A stretch of DNA of 64,000 nucleotides from Blastocatellia bacterium (GTDB lineage: Bacteria > Acidobacteriota > Blastocatellia > RBC074): contig DATEMY010000358.1 of NCBI GenBank assembly GCA_035275345.1, positions 8,314 to 72,313 of the forward strand. Reading direction: 5' to 3'. The first letter of the stretch is position 1. Every line of letters starts with the position of its first letter. The translations under genes and the position numbers were made by a program. The notes beneath the pieces are model-generated. The model did not search any database. It saw nothing but the letters and a program-made list of their open reading frames with translations, and was not told the origin of the DNA. Positions 22,343 through 31,312 of the stretch are shown here, one piece after another.

Positions 22343-22975
22343 ATGAGTGAAGAGAACGCTTTCCAACGACTGAGTCAGCGCATTGAGCGTTTGGTCGCCC
22401 GGATCGAGGCGGCGCCAGATCCGAACGTACGGGCCGATGCGCTGTATTTGGCGCAGTCATTGATGGAACTGCACGGAGCTGGGCTGGATCGACTGATGGA
22501 AATCGTGGCGCAGGCCGGCGACTCAGGCTATGCCCTGATGGACGATTTCGCGGGCGACGATCTGGTGGCCAGCCTGTTATTGCTTTACGGGCTGCACCCG
22601 CACGATTTGGAAACGCGGGTGATGAAGGCTCTGGACAGGACACGTCCGCTTCTGCATTCACATGGCGGCGATGTTGAACTACTGGGCGTGGCCGATGGAG
22701 TGGTCAGATTGCGGTTGGCAGGAAGTTGCCGTAGCTGTCCTTCGTCAACAACGACGCTCAAGCTGGCCGTCGAGAAGGCGATCTATGAAGCGGCGCCCGA
22801 TGTGACGGAGATCGTCACCGAAGGCCAGATGGAGTCGGCGGAGCCGGCGTCGGCAAATGGCCTTGCGCAATTGGAGGGGTTGTCGAACTACGGCGGCTAT
22901 GACCAATGTGTGAGCGCCGGGCCGTCGAAGCGGAACCTTCCGCTAGTAACACTGAAAGGAGAGACTCATGGCTAA
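22343..22975 (+). CDS. NifU/Nfu-like Fe-S scaffold domain protein, hydrogenase-associated
   Basis: C-terminal HGGDVELLGVADGVVRLRLAGSCRSCPSSTTTLKLAVEKAI matches the NifU C-terminal domain (CxxC). Immediately downstream of hhyL. Confidence 0.55.
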   Translation: MSEENAFQRLSQRIERLVARIEAAPDPNVRADALYLAQSLMELHGAGLDRLMEIVAQAGDSGYALMDDFAGDDLVASLLLLYGLHPHDLETRVMKALDRTRPLLHSHGGDVELLGVADGVVRLRLAGSCRSCPSSTTTLKLAVEKAIYEAAPDVTEIVTEGQMESAEPASANGLAQLEGLSNYGGYDQCVSAGPSKRNLPLVTLKGETHG

Positions 22976-23192
22976 ACCGCGACGGGCGCCAGAAACGGCG
23001 GAAGTGTCGGAAAGGCCCATGCCTCATTCGGAAGCCGAGCTAGAGAAAGAGAGCAGAATGCCGGCGGGGAGAGACATTCACCGGAAACATAGGCGCACGC
23101 GGGCTGAAACCACGCCTGAGGACGTCACCGGCATCAACCCGGAAAAGATGCATCCGATTGATCCGAGGATGGTCTATATCCCGCCCGCTTGA
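22968..23192 (+). CDS. Small hypothetical protein (74 aa), weak call
   Basis: ATG overlaps the upstream stop (CATGGCTAA); basic, low complexity; no recognised motif. Confidence 0.2.
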   Translation: MAKPRRAPETAEVSERPMPHSEAELEKESRMPAGRDIHRKHRRTRAETTPEDVTGINPEKMHPIDPRMVYIPPA

Positions 23193-23889
23193 AGACACCG
23201 CATTCGGGAAGTTGTTTTTCGAGCCGGAGGCGCTAATGGATGACACTGAAAGAGCATCGCCGAATAGCTCATTCGCCGCGCTCCAGCGGTTCGCTCATGC
23301 GCGAAGGCCGGTCGAGCGATGCGATTTCTGTAGCGACGAATTGTACGAAGACCACCAGCACTTGATTGAACCTGAACAGCGGAGGCTGGTCTGTGTCTGC
23401 GGAGCATGCGCGATCCTGTTCGGCGGGCGCGGCGAGACCTCGTACAGGCGCGTCCCGCGACGCATCCTTTATTTGAAGGACTTTCGGCTGACGGACGCGC
23501 AGTGGGAAGGGCTACTGATCCCGATCCAATTGGCCTTCTTTTTTCATAGCAGCCCGGCGGGCAGAGTCATAGCGTTATATCCCAGCCCCGCCGGGCCGAC
23601 TGAATCACTGCTCGACCTCGCGATGTGGGAGGAGATCGCGCAAGACAATCCGGCGTTGAAACGAATGTCTCCGGATGTGGAAGGGCTGCTGGTCAATCGG
23701 ACCAGGCGCGCTGGCGGCGCGCCTGATTATTTCATCGCGCCGATTGACGAATGCTTCAAGCTGGCGGGGCTGATTCGCACGAACTGGCGAGGACTGTCCG
23801 GCGGCGAGGAGGTTTGGAAAGAGATCGGGCGGTTCTTCGCCGATTTGAAAGCGCGGTCAAATGAAGTCATGGAGGCGCCGCGTGCCTGA
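23158..23889 (+). CDS. Conserved hypothetical protein of group 1h hydrogenase clusters; four-Cys motif CDFC...CVCGAC
   Basis: Cys motif CDFCSDELYEDHQHLIEPEQRRLVCVCGACAILF suggests metal binding. Start may be the internal ATG at 23236. Confidence 0.45.
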   Translation: MIRGWSISRPLEDTAFGKLFFEPEALMDDTERASPNSSFAALQRFAHARRPVERCDFCSDELYEDHQHLIEPEQRRLVCVCGACAILFGGRGETSYRRVPRRILYLKDFRLTDAQWEGLLIPIQLAFFFHSSPAGRVIALYPSPAGPTESLLDLAMWEEIAQDNPALKRMSPDVEGLLVNRTRRAGGAPDYFIAPIDECFKLAGLIRTNWRGLSGGEEVWKEIGRFFADLKARSNEVMEAPRA

Positions 23890-24568
23890 CCTGAACTTCG
23901 AGATTGAAAGCGTAGCGCCGCGGCCTTACTCGGCGGCGCCATTGCTGAACTTCAAACTGCGCGTCGTCAACGCGACGCGCGAGCCAGCGCACACGGTCAT
24001 TCTGCGCTGCCAGATCATGCTGGACGTAACGCGCCGCCGTTACAACGCCGAAGAGCAAGAGCGGTTGCTCGACCTGTTCGGCGATCCGGAGCAGTGGGAT
24101 CGCACGCTGCGCAACATGCTATGGACGAACACAACCCTCGTGGTTCCCGCCTTCACCGGAGCCACAGTCGTTGATTTACAGGTCCAGTGCACGTTCGATT
24201 TCAACGTGGCGGCCACGAAGTATTTCGCCGGTTTGGAAGAAGGCGAAGTCCCACTCCTGCTGCTCTTCAGCGGGACGATCTTTTACGAGGCGGAAAGCGG
24301 CGCGTTGCAGGTGACGCAGATTCCCTGGGAGAAGGAGGCGCGCTATCGGCTGCCCGTACGAATGTGGCGCGAGATGATGGACATGTACTATCCCAACAGC
24401 GCGTGGCTGTGTTTGCGGCGTGACGTCTTCGACCGGCTGTACAGGTACAAAGTGCGCCGGGGCATTCCGACCTTCGAGCAGGCGTTGGAGAGAGTGATCC
24501 CGGACGTAAGCGCGGAGATGATGGAACCCGGGCTCGAAGATCCGACCTCGAAGGAGACGATTCACTGA
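23861..24568 (+). CDS. Conserved hypothetical protein, hydrogenase cluster-associated
   Basis: 235-aa ORF; alternative GTG at 23882 overlaps the upstream stop. No known catalytic motif recognised. Confidence 0.45.
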   Translation: MKSWRRRVPDLNFEIESVAPRPYSAAPLLNFKLRVVNATREPAHTVILRCQIMLDVTRRRYNAEEQERLLDLFGDPEQWDRTLRNMLWTNTTLVVPAFTGATVVDLQVQCTFDFNVAATKYFAGLEEGEVPLLLLFSGTIFYEAESGALQVTQIPWEKEARYRLPVRMWREMMDMYYPNSAWLCLRRDVFDRLYRYKVRRGIPTFEQALERVIPDVSAEMMEPGLEDPTSKETIH

Positions 24569-25500
24569 TGAACCTCAATCTCGTGAAGAAAATCGCCGAC
24601 GCCGTGCTCTATGAAGGTTATCTGCTCTATCCGTACCGTCCCTCGGCGATCAAGAACCGGCGGCGTTTCAACTTCGGCGTAGTTCATCCGCGGGATTACG
24701 GCCTGGCGCACGACGAGCTTTTCTGTATGCAGACCGAGTGTCTGGCGACGGGTAATCGGCGTATGGCGCTGGACGCGCGCGTGCGGTTCCTGCATATGAC
24801 GGCGCGCGAAGGCTGGCAGGAAGCGGTCGAGCGTGAGGTCGATGCGCCTGACCTCAATGTGGCTGATCTTCTCGCTTCGCCGCGACAAGTGAATTTCGCT
24901 TTTCCATTGAAGCAGGAGGAGAAGGGTGCGGGTGAAAGACCCGAGCAGGAAACCATCAGCGGCAGTATTGATATCAACGCTCATCAGCTTGCGGAGCAGG
25001 TATTCAAAATCACGGTTCGCATCCTGAACCTGACACCGCTGGCGGAAGCGCCGAGCGTGAGCCGCGATGAAGCGTTAACGCGCTCGATGGTTTCAACCCA
25101 CGCCATTCTGGCCGCGCGCGGCGGCGAGTTTGTTTCCCTGCTCGATCCGGCTGAGCCGTGGCGTGAAATGGCCGGCTCGTGCAGCAACATCGGGACGTAC
25201 CCAGTGCTGGTCGGCGCCGAAGGAGAGCGCGACGCGATGCTCTCATCGCCCATCATCCTTTACGACTACCCGCAGATCGCGCCGGAAAGCGCAGGCGATC
25301 TCTTCGACGGGACGGAAATTGATGAAATGCTCACGCTGCGCATCCTGACGCTGACGGACGAGGAGAAACGCGAGATGCGCGCTCGAGACGAACGAGCGCG
25401 GCGGATTCTGGAGCGGACTGAATCGCTGCCCGCCGAGCAATTGATGAAGCTGCACGGCGCGGCGCGCTGTTTGCGACAGGTCGAGGACGGCGCCAGATGA
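24568..25500 (+). CDS. Conserved hypothetical protein, hydrogenase cluster-associated
   Basis: ATGA overlap with the preceding ORF; 310 aa; N-terminus MNLNLVKKIADAVLYEGYLLYPYRPS. Confidence 0.45.
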   Translation: MNLNLVKKIADAVLYEGYLLYPYRPSAIKNRRRFNFGVVHPRDYGLAHDELFCMQTECLATGNRRMALDARVRFLHMTAREGWQEAVEREVDAPDLNVADLLASPRQVNFAFPLKQEEKGAGERPEQETISGSIDINAHQLAEQVFKITVRILNLTPLAEAPSVSRDEALTRSMVSTHAILAARGGEFVSLLDPAEPWREMAGSCSNIGTYPVLVGAEGERDAMLSSPIILYDYPQIAPESAGDLFDGTEIDEMLTLRILTLTDEEKREMRARDERARRILERTESLPAEQLMKLHGAARCLRQVEDGAR

Positions 25501-25841
25501 ACAAATGGGAATGGCAATCGCTCGAAGAACGAACGCCGCTGGAATCGGCCAACGCCGGCGGAATCGAAATCAGGCCGGGCGACCACGTCCGGCTGAGACC
25601 GCGAGCGGGCGGCGACATCTTTGACCTTGCTCTGGCCGGGCGCGCCGCCACGATTGAAGCTATCGAGCAGGATTACGAAGGCCGGATTCATTTTGCGGTG
25701 CTTGTGGACGACGACCCGGGCAAAGACCTGGGAGTCTTGAGGCAGCCCGGCCATCGCTTCTTCTTTGCGCCGGAAGAGATCGAACCGGCGCCGCCAGATG
25801 GAATTGACAAGAAGCCTTTACGTCGCGCTGGACCGCTCTGA
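25497..25841 (+). CDS. Small hypothetical protein (114 aa), hydrogenase cluster-associated
   Basis: ATGA overlap with the preceding ORF; last ORF before the palindromic element. Confidence 0.4.
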   Translation: MNKWEWQSLEERTPLESANAGGIEIRPGDHVRLRPRAGGDIFDLALAGRAATIEAIEQDYEGRIHFAVLVDDDPGKDLGVLRQPGHRFFFAPEEIEPAPPDGIDKKPLRRAGPL

Positions 25842-25864
25842 AACAATGGAAAACGGGAGCGGGA

Positions 25865-25943
25865 GTAGCGCAACCTGCCTAGGTTGCGCTGCTTAACAAC
25901 CCGACTTTTGCCGGAGCAGCGCAACCTAGGCAGGTTGCGCTAC
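25865..25943. repeat. 79-bp twin-hairpin palindrome: two 28-bp arms (GTAGCGCAACCTGCCTAGGTTGCGCTGC and its exact reverse complement) separated by 23 nt; each arm is itself a 12-bp stem with a 4-nt loop
   Basis: Read directly. Located between the last hydrogenase-associated ORF (stop 25841) and hupD (start 25961). Possible bidirectional terminator, RNA processing site or protein-binding site. Confidence 0.5.
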
Positions 25944-25960
25944 TTCTTCTGAGGGGCGCG

Positions 25961-26488
25961 ATGACATCGCCGAAAATTCTGATCGCCGGAATCGGGAATA
26001 TATTCCTGGCCGATGACGGCTTTGGTTGCGCGGTGGCCGGGCGGTTGGCGCGGCGTCCATTGCCCGATGGCGTGCGAGTGGTTGATTTCGGCGTTCGCGG
26101 CTTTGATCTGGCTTACGCATTGATGGACGGTTACGACGTGACAATCCTGATTGACGCCGTTACGCGAGGCGCCGAGCCGGGCGCGCTTTACGTCATCGAG
26201 CCGGACTTGAACGAACTGAACGCGCCGGACGCGCAGGCGATAATGGTCGAAGCTCATGCGATGAATCCGATGCGAGCGCTCGCTCTGGTCAAGTCAATGA
26301 ACGGCGAATTGAAGCGGATTCTGCTGGTGGGTTGCGAGCCGGCGACGCTCGGCCCGGAGGAAGGCCGGATGGGCCTCAGTGAAACGGTGGAAGCGGCGGT
26401 GGATGGAGCGGTCGAGATGGTCGAATCGCTCGTCGCGGAAATACTCGGCGATCAGCGCAAGACGGGCGCTGGCGCGAACCATTATTGA
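25961..26488 (+). CDS. hupD: Hydrogenase maturation endopeptidase (HupD/HyaD/HybD family)
   Basis: N-terminal ILIAGIGNIFLADDGFG motif and overall size (175 aa) typical of [NiFe] large-subunit C-terminal processing proteases. Confidence 0.8.
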   Translation: MTSPKILIAGIGNIFLADDGFGCAVAGRLARRPLPDGVRVVDFGVRGFDLAYALMDGYDVTILIDAVTRGAEPGALYVIEPDLNELNAPDAQAIMVEAHAMNPMRALALVKSMNGELKRILLVGCEPATLGPEEGRMGLSETVEAAVDGAVEMVESLVAEILGDQRKTGAGANHY

Positions 26489-26503
26489 GGGAGGATGGTA
26501 AGG

Positions 26504-26668
26504 ATGAAATTCAATATTAATGTTTACCCCTTCGGCATTGGCCGTAGAAAGAAGACCGATCGTCTGTTGTGGAAGATTATCGGCGGCGCGGCGCTAGCCG
26601 CCGCGGGGGTCGGAGTGATCAGGATGCTCCCGGACATCAAGCGATACATCCGCATCAGCATGATGTGA
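26504..26668 (+). CDS. Possible small ORF (54 aa) not in the ORF track; weak
   Basis: ATG preceded by GGGAGGATGGTAAGG; encodes MKFNINVYPFGIGRRKKTDRLLWKIIGGAALAAAGVGVIRMLPDIKRYIRISMM with one hydrophobic segment. Confidence 0.2.
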   Translation: MKFNINVYPFGIGRRKKTDRLLWKIIGGAALAAAGVGVIRMLPDIKRYIRISMM

Positions 26669-26677
26669 GTGAGGCGT

Positions 26678-27079
26678 ATGCGAATTATCAAACGCAATGG
26701 CCACGATCCATGGAAGGGGCTGGCGGCCGGCGCCGCCGGAGGGCTAGTCGCCGCCTGGGTGATGAATCAGTTCCAGGCTCTGTGGAGCGGGAAGACTCAC
26801 GGGATTGAAAGGTCGCATGGCGCCCAATCTTTGCAGCCTGGCTCGCCGCGACACAGCGTTGCGCGCGCGCTACGGGAACGCGGCGGAGATCGGGAGAGTG
26901 ACAACGCGGCGGTGAGGGTGGCCCGTATTGTTTCCGAAAACGTCTTCTGCCATGGGCTGACCGAAAGCGAGAAGGAGAAGGCGGGCGCGGTCGCACATTA
27001 CGCGATGGGCGTGACGTCAGGCGCCATCTACGGCGCGGCGGCGGAGATGGCGCGGCGCGCGGTGCGGCGCGCGCTGTGA
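26678..27079 (+). CDS. Hypothetical Gly/Ala-rich membrane-associated protein
   Basis: ORF of about 133 aa (GTG 26669 or ATG 26678); no catalytic motif recognised. Confidence 0.35.
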   Translation: MRIIKRNGHDPWKGLAAGAAGGLVAAWVMNQFQALWSGKTHGIERSHGAQSLQPGSPRHSVARALRERGGDRESDNAAVRVARIVSENVFCHGLTESEKEKAGAVAHYAMGVTSGAIYGAAAEMARRAVRRAL

Positions 27080-27092
27080 TAAGGCGGACGCC

Positions 27093-27644
27093 ATGCGATA
27101 CCGCGTTGACTCGAGCCGGAGCCGGTTCATCGTCCAGGCTTTCGCCAAGGGGCTGCTATCGGCCTTCGGGCACAACCCGAGGCTCGCCGTCCGCGACTTT
27201 GAAGGCAAGGCCGAGTTCGACCCCGCCGCGCCCAACGCCGCGTCGCTGAGGATGGCGGCGCGGGTCGATTCGCTCGCCTTGATTGACGACGTGAGCGAGA
27301 AGGATCGGCGCGAGATCGAACGCGTGACGCGCGAAGAGTTGCTCGAAGCGGCCCGTTATCCCGAAATCGTTTTTCAGAGCGCGATCGTCACGGCGCGTCA
27401 AGCGGCTGAAGGCCGATACCAGGTGAGGATCGTCGGCGATCTGTCTCTACACGGAGTGACACTCGAACTCGTGATTGATGTGATGGCGACTTTTGATGGA
27501 GATGACCTGCGCGCGCAGGGTGGTTTCCCGCTGCGGCTGACCGATTTCAACATCCGCCCAATTTCCGTCGCCGGCGGCCTGCTCAAGCTCAAGGATGAAG
27601 TTCAACTCTCGTTCGACATCCTGGCTCGCGCGCCGCGCGAGTGA
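27093..27644 (+). CDS. YceI-family (polyisoprenoid-binding, lipocalin-like) protein
   Basis: 183 aa; pattern GHNPRLAVRDFEGKAEFDP ... RLTDFNIRP resembles YceI-like domains. Confidence 0.6.
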   Translation: MRYRVDSSRSRFIVQAFAKGLLSAFGHNPRLAVRDFEGKAEFDPAAPNAASLRMAARVDSLALIDDVSEKDRREIERVTREELLEAARYPEIVFQSAIVTARQAAEGRYQVRIVGDLSLHGVTLELVIDVMATFDGDDLRAQGGFPLRLTDFNIRPISVAGGLLKLKDEVQLSFDILARAPRE

Positions 27645-27683
27645 GAGTTCGGGCCGGTCGGCGTTATTCGCCGTGAACAAACG

Positions 27684-28031
27684 ATGCACGAGCTTTCCAT
27701 CGCAATCAGCATCATCGAAGGCGCCACGGAAGAGGCGCGGCGTTATGGCGACGTCAAGGTCAACGCCGTGCATCTCAAACTGGGCGCGCTTTCCGGGGTG
27801 GCCAAAGACGCGCTGCTCTTCTCTTACGAGCTGGCATGCGAGGGAACGGCGCTGGAAGGTTCACGACTGGTCATCCAGGAGGTTCCGGTCATGACCTTTT
27901 GTCCGCGCTGCGAAATCGAGCGGGCGCCCGCTTCGATTCAACGGCTGTCTTGTCCGGTCTGCGGCGCGCCGACGCCGCAAGTCGCGCAAGGCAGGGAAAT
28001 CGAGCTGGTCGCTTTGGAGGTCAACGAATGA
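27684..28031 (+). CDS. hypA: Hydrogenase nickel-insertion protein HypA
   Basis: Canonical MHELSIA N-terminus and CPRCE...CPVCG zinc site; 115 aa. Confidence 0.85.
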   Translation: MHELSIAISIIEGATEEARRYGDVKVNAVHLKLGALSGVAKDALLFSYELACEGTALEGSRLVIQEVPVMTFCPRCEIERAPASIQRLSCPVCGAPTPQVAQGREIELVALEVNE

Positions 28032-28675
28032 ACACTACGCCACGCCTGGTCGAAGTCAGACGGAACGCGCTTAAACAGAATGACATCCTGGCTCGCGGGT
28101 TGCGCGACCGTTTCCGCGAGGCCGGCGTCCGCGTCGTCAGCCTGGTTTCAAGCCCCGGCTCGGGCAAAACCACGTTGTTGGAAAAGACGCTGGCGGCGTT
28201 GCGGCGGCAATTGCGTGTGGCCGTTATGGTAGGCGATCTCGCGACCGAGAACGACGCCGCGCGGCTCGCCCGAACCGAGGCGCCGGTCAAACAGATCATC
28301 ACCGGCGCGGTTTGTCATCTCGACGCCGCGATGATCGAGCGGGCGCTCGAAGGCTGGGACCTCGACGCGCTCGACCTGTTGCTGATCGAAAACGTCGGCA
28401 ACCTGGTCTGCCCGGCGAGCTACGACCTCGGCGAGGGGTCGCGGGCGGTGTTGCTTTCGGCGCCCGAGGGCGAAGACAAGCCGCTCAAATACCCGACGAT
28501 CTTCAACACGGCGGACGTGGCCGTGATCACCAAGATTGATCTGGCCGGCGCGGTTGAATTAGATCTTGACGTCGCGCGCGAAAACATTCAACGGGTGCGG
28601 CCCGGCATGCCGACCATCGAGGTTTCAGCGAAGACCGGCGAAGGGATGGAGGCTTGGCTGCGGTTTCTTCAATGA
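28028..28675 (+). CDS. hypB: Hydrogenase nickel-incorporation GTPase HypB (second copy)
   Basis: SSPGSGKTTLL P-loop, CH metal motif, ENVGNLVCPASYDLGE, ITKIDL; 215 aa. Divergent from the copy at 1-562. Confidence 0.9.
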   Translation: MNTTPRLVEVRRNALKQNDILARGLRDRFREAGVRVVSLVSSPGSGKTTLLEKTLAALRRQLRVAVMVGDLATENDAARLARTEAPVKQIITGAVCHLDAAMIERALEGWDLDALDLLLIENVGNLVCPASYDLGEGSRAVLLSAPEGEDKPLKYPTIFNTADVAVITKIDLAGAVELDLDVARENIQRVRPGMPTIEVSAKTGEGMEAWLRFLQ

Positions 28676-30972
28676 CGACACGAGTGCAAATTTTGGTTCG
28701 GGGCGTCGTGCAAGGCGTGGGGTTTCGCCCATACATCTTTTCGTTGGCCCGGCGTCGCGCGCTGCGCGGGCAGGTGGTTAACAACGCCGCGGGCGTTTTG
28801 ATCGATGTCGAGGGCGAAACGACCGCCGTCGAGCAATTCATTAACGAGATCGAACTGGGGCCGCCGCCGCTCTCGCGGATAGAATCGGTCGAGCGCCGCG
28901 ACAACCTGGCTCCCGCCGACTATCCGGAATTCCGCATCGCCGAGAGCGAATCCGCCGGACGGAAGTCAGTTCACATCGCGGCCGACATCGGCGTCTGCGC
29001 CGATTGCCTGAGGGAACTCTTCGATTCGCGCGACCGGCGCTATCGCTATCCGTTCATCAACTGCGTCAACTGCGGCCCGCGCTTCACGATCATCGAGGAC
29101 GTTCCGTATGACCGCGCGAAGACGACGATGCGCGAATTCGTTATGTGCAATGAGTGCCGCGCCGAATACGAAAATCCTTTCGACCGCAGATTTCACGCCG
29201 AGCCGACGGCCTGCGCGGTTTGCGGCCCGTGGCTTTATCTGACGGACGGGAACGGGCGCGAGCTTGAAACCGGCGACGGCGCGATCACCCGCTCGCGCCG
29301 TCTGCTTTTGAACGGAAAGATTCTCGCCGTCAAAGGCGTCGGCGGATTCCATCTCGCCTGCGACGCGACAAACGCCGAGGCGGTCGGGCGATTGAGGCGG
29401 AAAAAATATCGTGAAGACAAGCCGTTCGCGCTGATGGCCGGTTCGATCGAGGCGATTGAGGAACATTGTTCCGTCTCGACATTCGAGCGTGATTTGTTGC
29501 TCTCCGAGCGCCGCCCCGTAGTGTTGCTCGCGCGCAGGCCCGGTTCGTCCCTGTCGAGCCGGTCGAGCGCGGTGGCGCCCGGTCTGAACTCGCTCGGCTT
29601 TATGCTGCCCTACGCGCCGCTGCATTATCTGTTGCTGGAAAACCTCGACCGCCCGCTGGTCATGACCAGCGGGAACGTCTCGGACGAACCGATCTGCCAC
29701 GAGGATCGAGACGCGCTGGAGCGATTGAGTAAAATCGCCGACCACTTTCTGCTTCACGACCGGCGCATTCACGTCCGCGCGGATGATTCGGTGGTTTGCG
29801 CGCGCGGGAACAAAGAGCTGATCCTGCGCCGCGCGCGCGGCTATGCGCCCCACGCCTTGAAAACCCCTTTCAAATTCGAGCGCGAAATTCTGGCCTGTGG
29901 CGCGGAACTCAAAAACACTTTTTGTCTGACGCGCAGAGATCACGCCTTCATCAGCCATCACATCGGCGACCTGGAAAACCTGGAGACGCTCCGTTCGTTC
30001 GAGCGCGGGATCGAGCATTTCAAACGGCTCTTCAACCTGCGTCCCGAAATCATCGCCCATGACCTGCATCCGGAATACATCTCGACTAAATACGCGATGG
30101 CGCTCGGCGATGAAATGGTCAAAGTCGGCGTGCAGCATCATCACGCGCATATTGCCGGTTGCATGGCCGACAACGGCGTCGATGGCCAGGTGATCGGCGT
30201 GGCAATGGACGGGCTGGGTTACGGGACGGACGGACGTTTGTGGGGATGCGAATTTTTCGTCGCCGAATACGCGCGGGCCGAGCGCGTCACGCATCTCGAA
30301 TACGCGCCGATGCCCGGCGGAGCGAAAGCTATCCGCGAGCCATGGCGGATGGCGGCGATCCACCTGCAGCGGGCGTTGGGCGACGAGGCCTTCGATCTGA
30401 ATCTCGATTTCGTGAAACGAATGGATCGGCGCGCTTACGCGACGTTGCGCCGGATGGCCGAACGGGGAGTCAACAGTCCCGAAACGTCGAGCATGGGGCG
30501 GCTCTTCGACGCCGTGGCGAGTCTCGCCGGCGTGCGCGACGTTGCGCGGTATGAAGGCCAGGCCGCGATCGAGTTTGAGATGGCGGCGGACCCAAGCCAG
30601 AAGAGCGGTTATGAGTTCGACTGTTCCGGCAAGATCATCAAGCCGTCGCCGGTAATTCGCGGCGTCGTCGCCGACCTGCTCCGCCACGTCCCAACGCCGG
30701 TGATCGCGGCGAAGTTTCACAACGCGGTCGCCAGCCTGATTTTCCAGACCGCGCGGCGGATCAGGGCCGAGCGGGGGCTTCATCGCGTGGCCCTTTCGGG
30801 CGGCGTCTTTCAGAATCGTCTGCTTTTGAATCGGGCGATGAGGTTGCTCAAAGCCGACGGCTTCGAGGTCCTCACACACGGCCGCGTGCCGCCCAACGAC
30901 GGCGGCGTCTCGTTCGGCCAGGCGGTCGTGGCGGGCGCGCTGACCAGAGCGGACCGGGCAGGAGGTGTTTGA
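28672..30972 (+). CDS. hypF: Carbamoyltransferase HypF (second copy)
   Basis: Same domain architecture as the first HypF (acylphosphatase, two Zn fingers, YrdC, Kae1-like). ATGA overlap with hypB. Confidence 0.9.
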   Translation: MTTRVQILVRGVVQGVGFRPYIFSLARRRALRGQVVNNAAGVLIDVEGETTAVEQFINEIELGPPPLSRIESVERRDNLAPADYPEFRIAESESAGRKSVHIAADIGVCADCLRELFDSRDRRYRYPFINCVNCGPRFTIIEDVPYDRAKTTMREFVMCNECRAEYENPFDRRFHAEPTACAVCGPWLYLTDGNGRELETGDGAITRSRRLLLNGKILAVKGVGGFHLACDATNAEAVGRLRRKKYREDKPFALMAGSIEAIEEHCSVSTFERDLLLSERRPVVLLARRPGSSLSSRSSAVAPGLNSLGFMLPYAPLHYLLLENLDRPLVMTSGNVSDEPICHEDRDALERLSKIADHFLLHDRRIHVRADDSVVCARGNKELILRRARGYAPHALKTPFKFEREILACGAELKNTFCLTRRDHAFISHHIGDLENLETLRSFERGIEHFKRLFNLRPEIIAHDLHPEYISTKYAMALGDEMVKVGVQHHHAHIAGCMADNGVDGQVIGVAMDGLGYGTDGRLWGCEFFVAEYARAERVTHLEYAPMPGGAKAIREPWRMAAIHLQRALGDEAFDLNLDFVKRMDRRAYATLRRMAERGVNSPETSSMGRLFDAVASLAGVRDVARYEGQAAIEFEMAADPSQKSGYEFDCSGKIIKPSPVIRGVVADLLRHVPTPVIAAKFHNAVASLIFQTARRIRAERGLHRVALSGGVFQNRLLLNRAMRLLKADGFEVLTHGRVPPNDGGVSFGQAVVAGALTRADRAGGV

Positions 30973-30975
30973 TTA

Positions 30976-31236
30976 ATGTGCCTTGCGATTCCGGGAAGGA
31001 TTGTCGAAATAGTTGACGAAGCCAACGGCGTCGCCAAAGTGGATGTGAGCGGCGTCCGTCGCAACGTCAACGTCGCATTGCTCGACGACGCGGGCGTGGG
31101 CGATTACGTGTTGATCCACGTCGGCTTCGCGTTGAGCAAGGTTGATGAAAAAGAAGCCGAAGAGACGCTGCGGGCGCTTCGGGAGTTGGGATCATACGAA
31201 CAGGAGTTCGAGCAGTTCAAAAGCTCCCTGACCTGA
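30976..31236 (+). CDS. hypC: HypC (second copy)
   Basis: [13 protein letters not shown]-terminus; 86 aa. Confidence 0.85.
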   Translation: MCLAIPGRIVEIVDEANGVAKVDVSGVRRNVNVALLDDAGVGDYVLIHVGFALSKVDEKEAEETLRALRELGSYEQEFEQFKSSLT

Positions 31237-31312
31237 ATCTCTTGAATCGACGGCCTTGATGACAGCCCGTATGCGTCGAACTATGCGAAGGGCAGTTCAG
31301 GTAAGGAGGGTT

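Noticed and set aside
20492-22366. 624-aa minus-strand ORF antisense to hhyL
   Set aside because: hhyL on the plus strand has diagnostic L1/L2 motifs. The antisense ORF has no recognisable domain and a biased composition.
28966-30879. 637-aa minus-strand ORF antisense to the second hypF, and 32346-33245 minus antisense to hypD
   Set aside because: They overlap genes with complete, colinear Hyp domain architectures.
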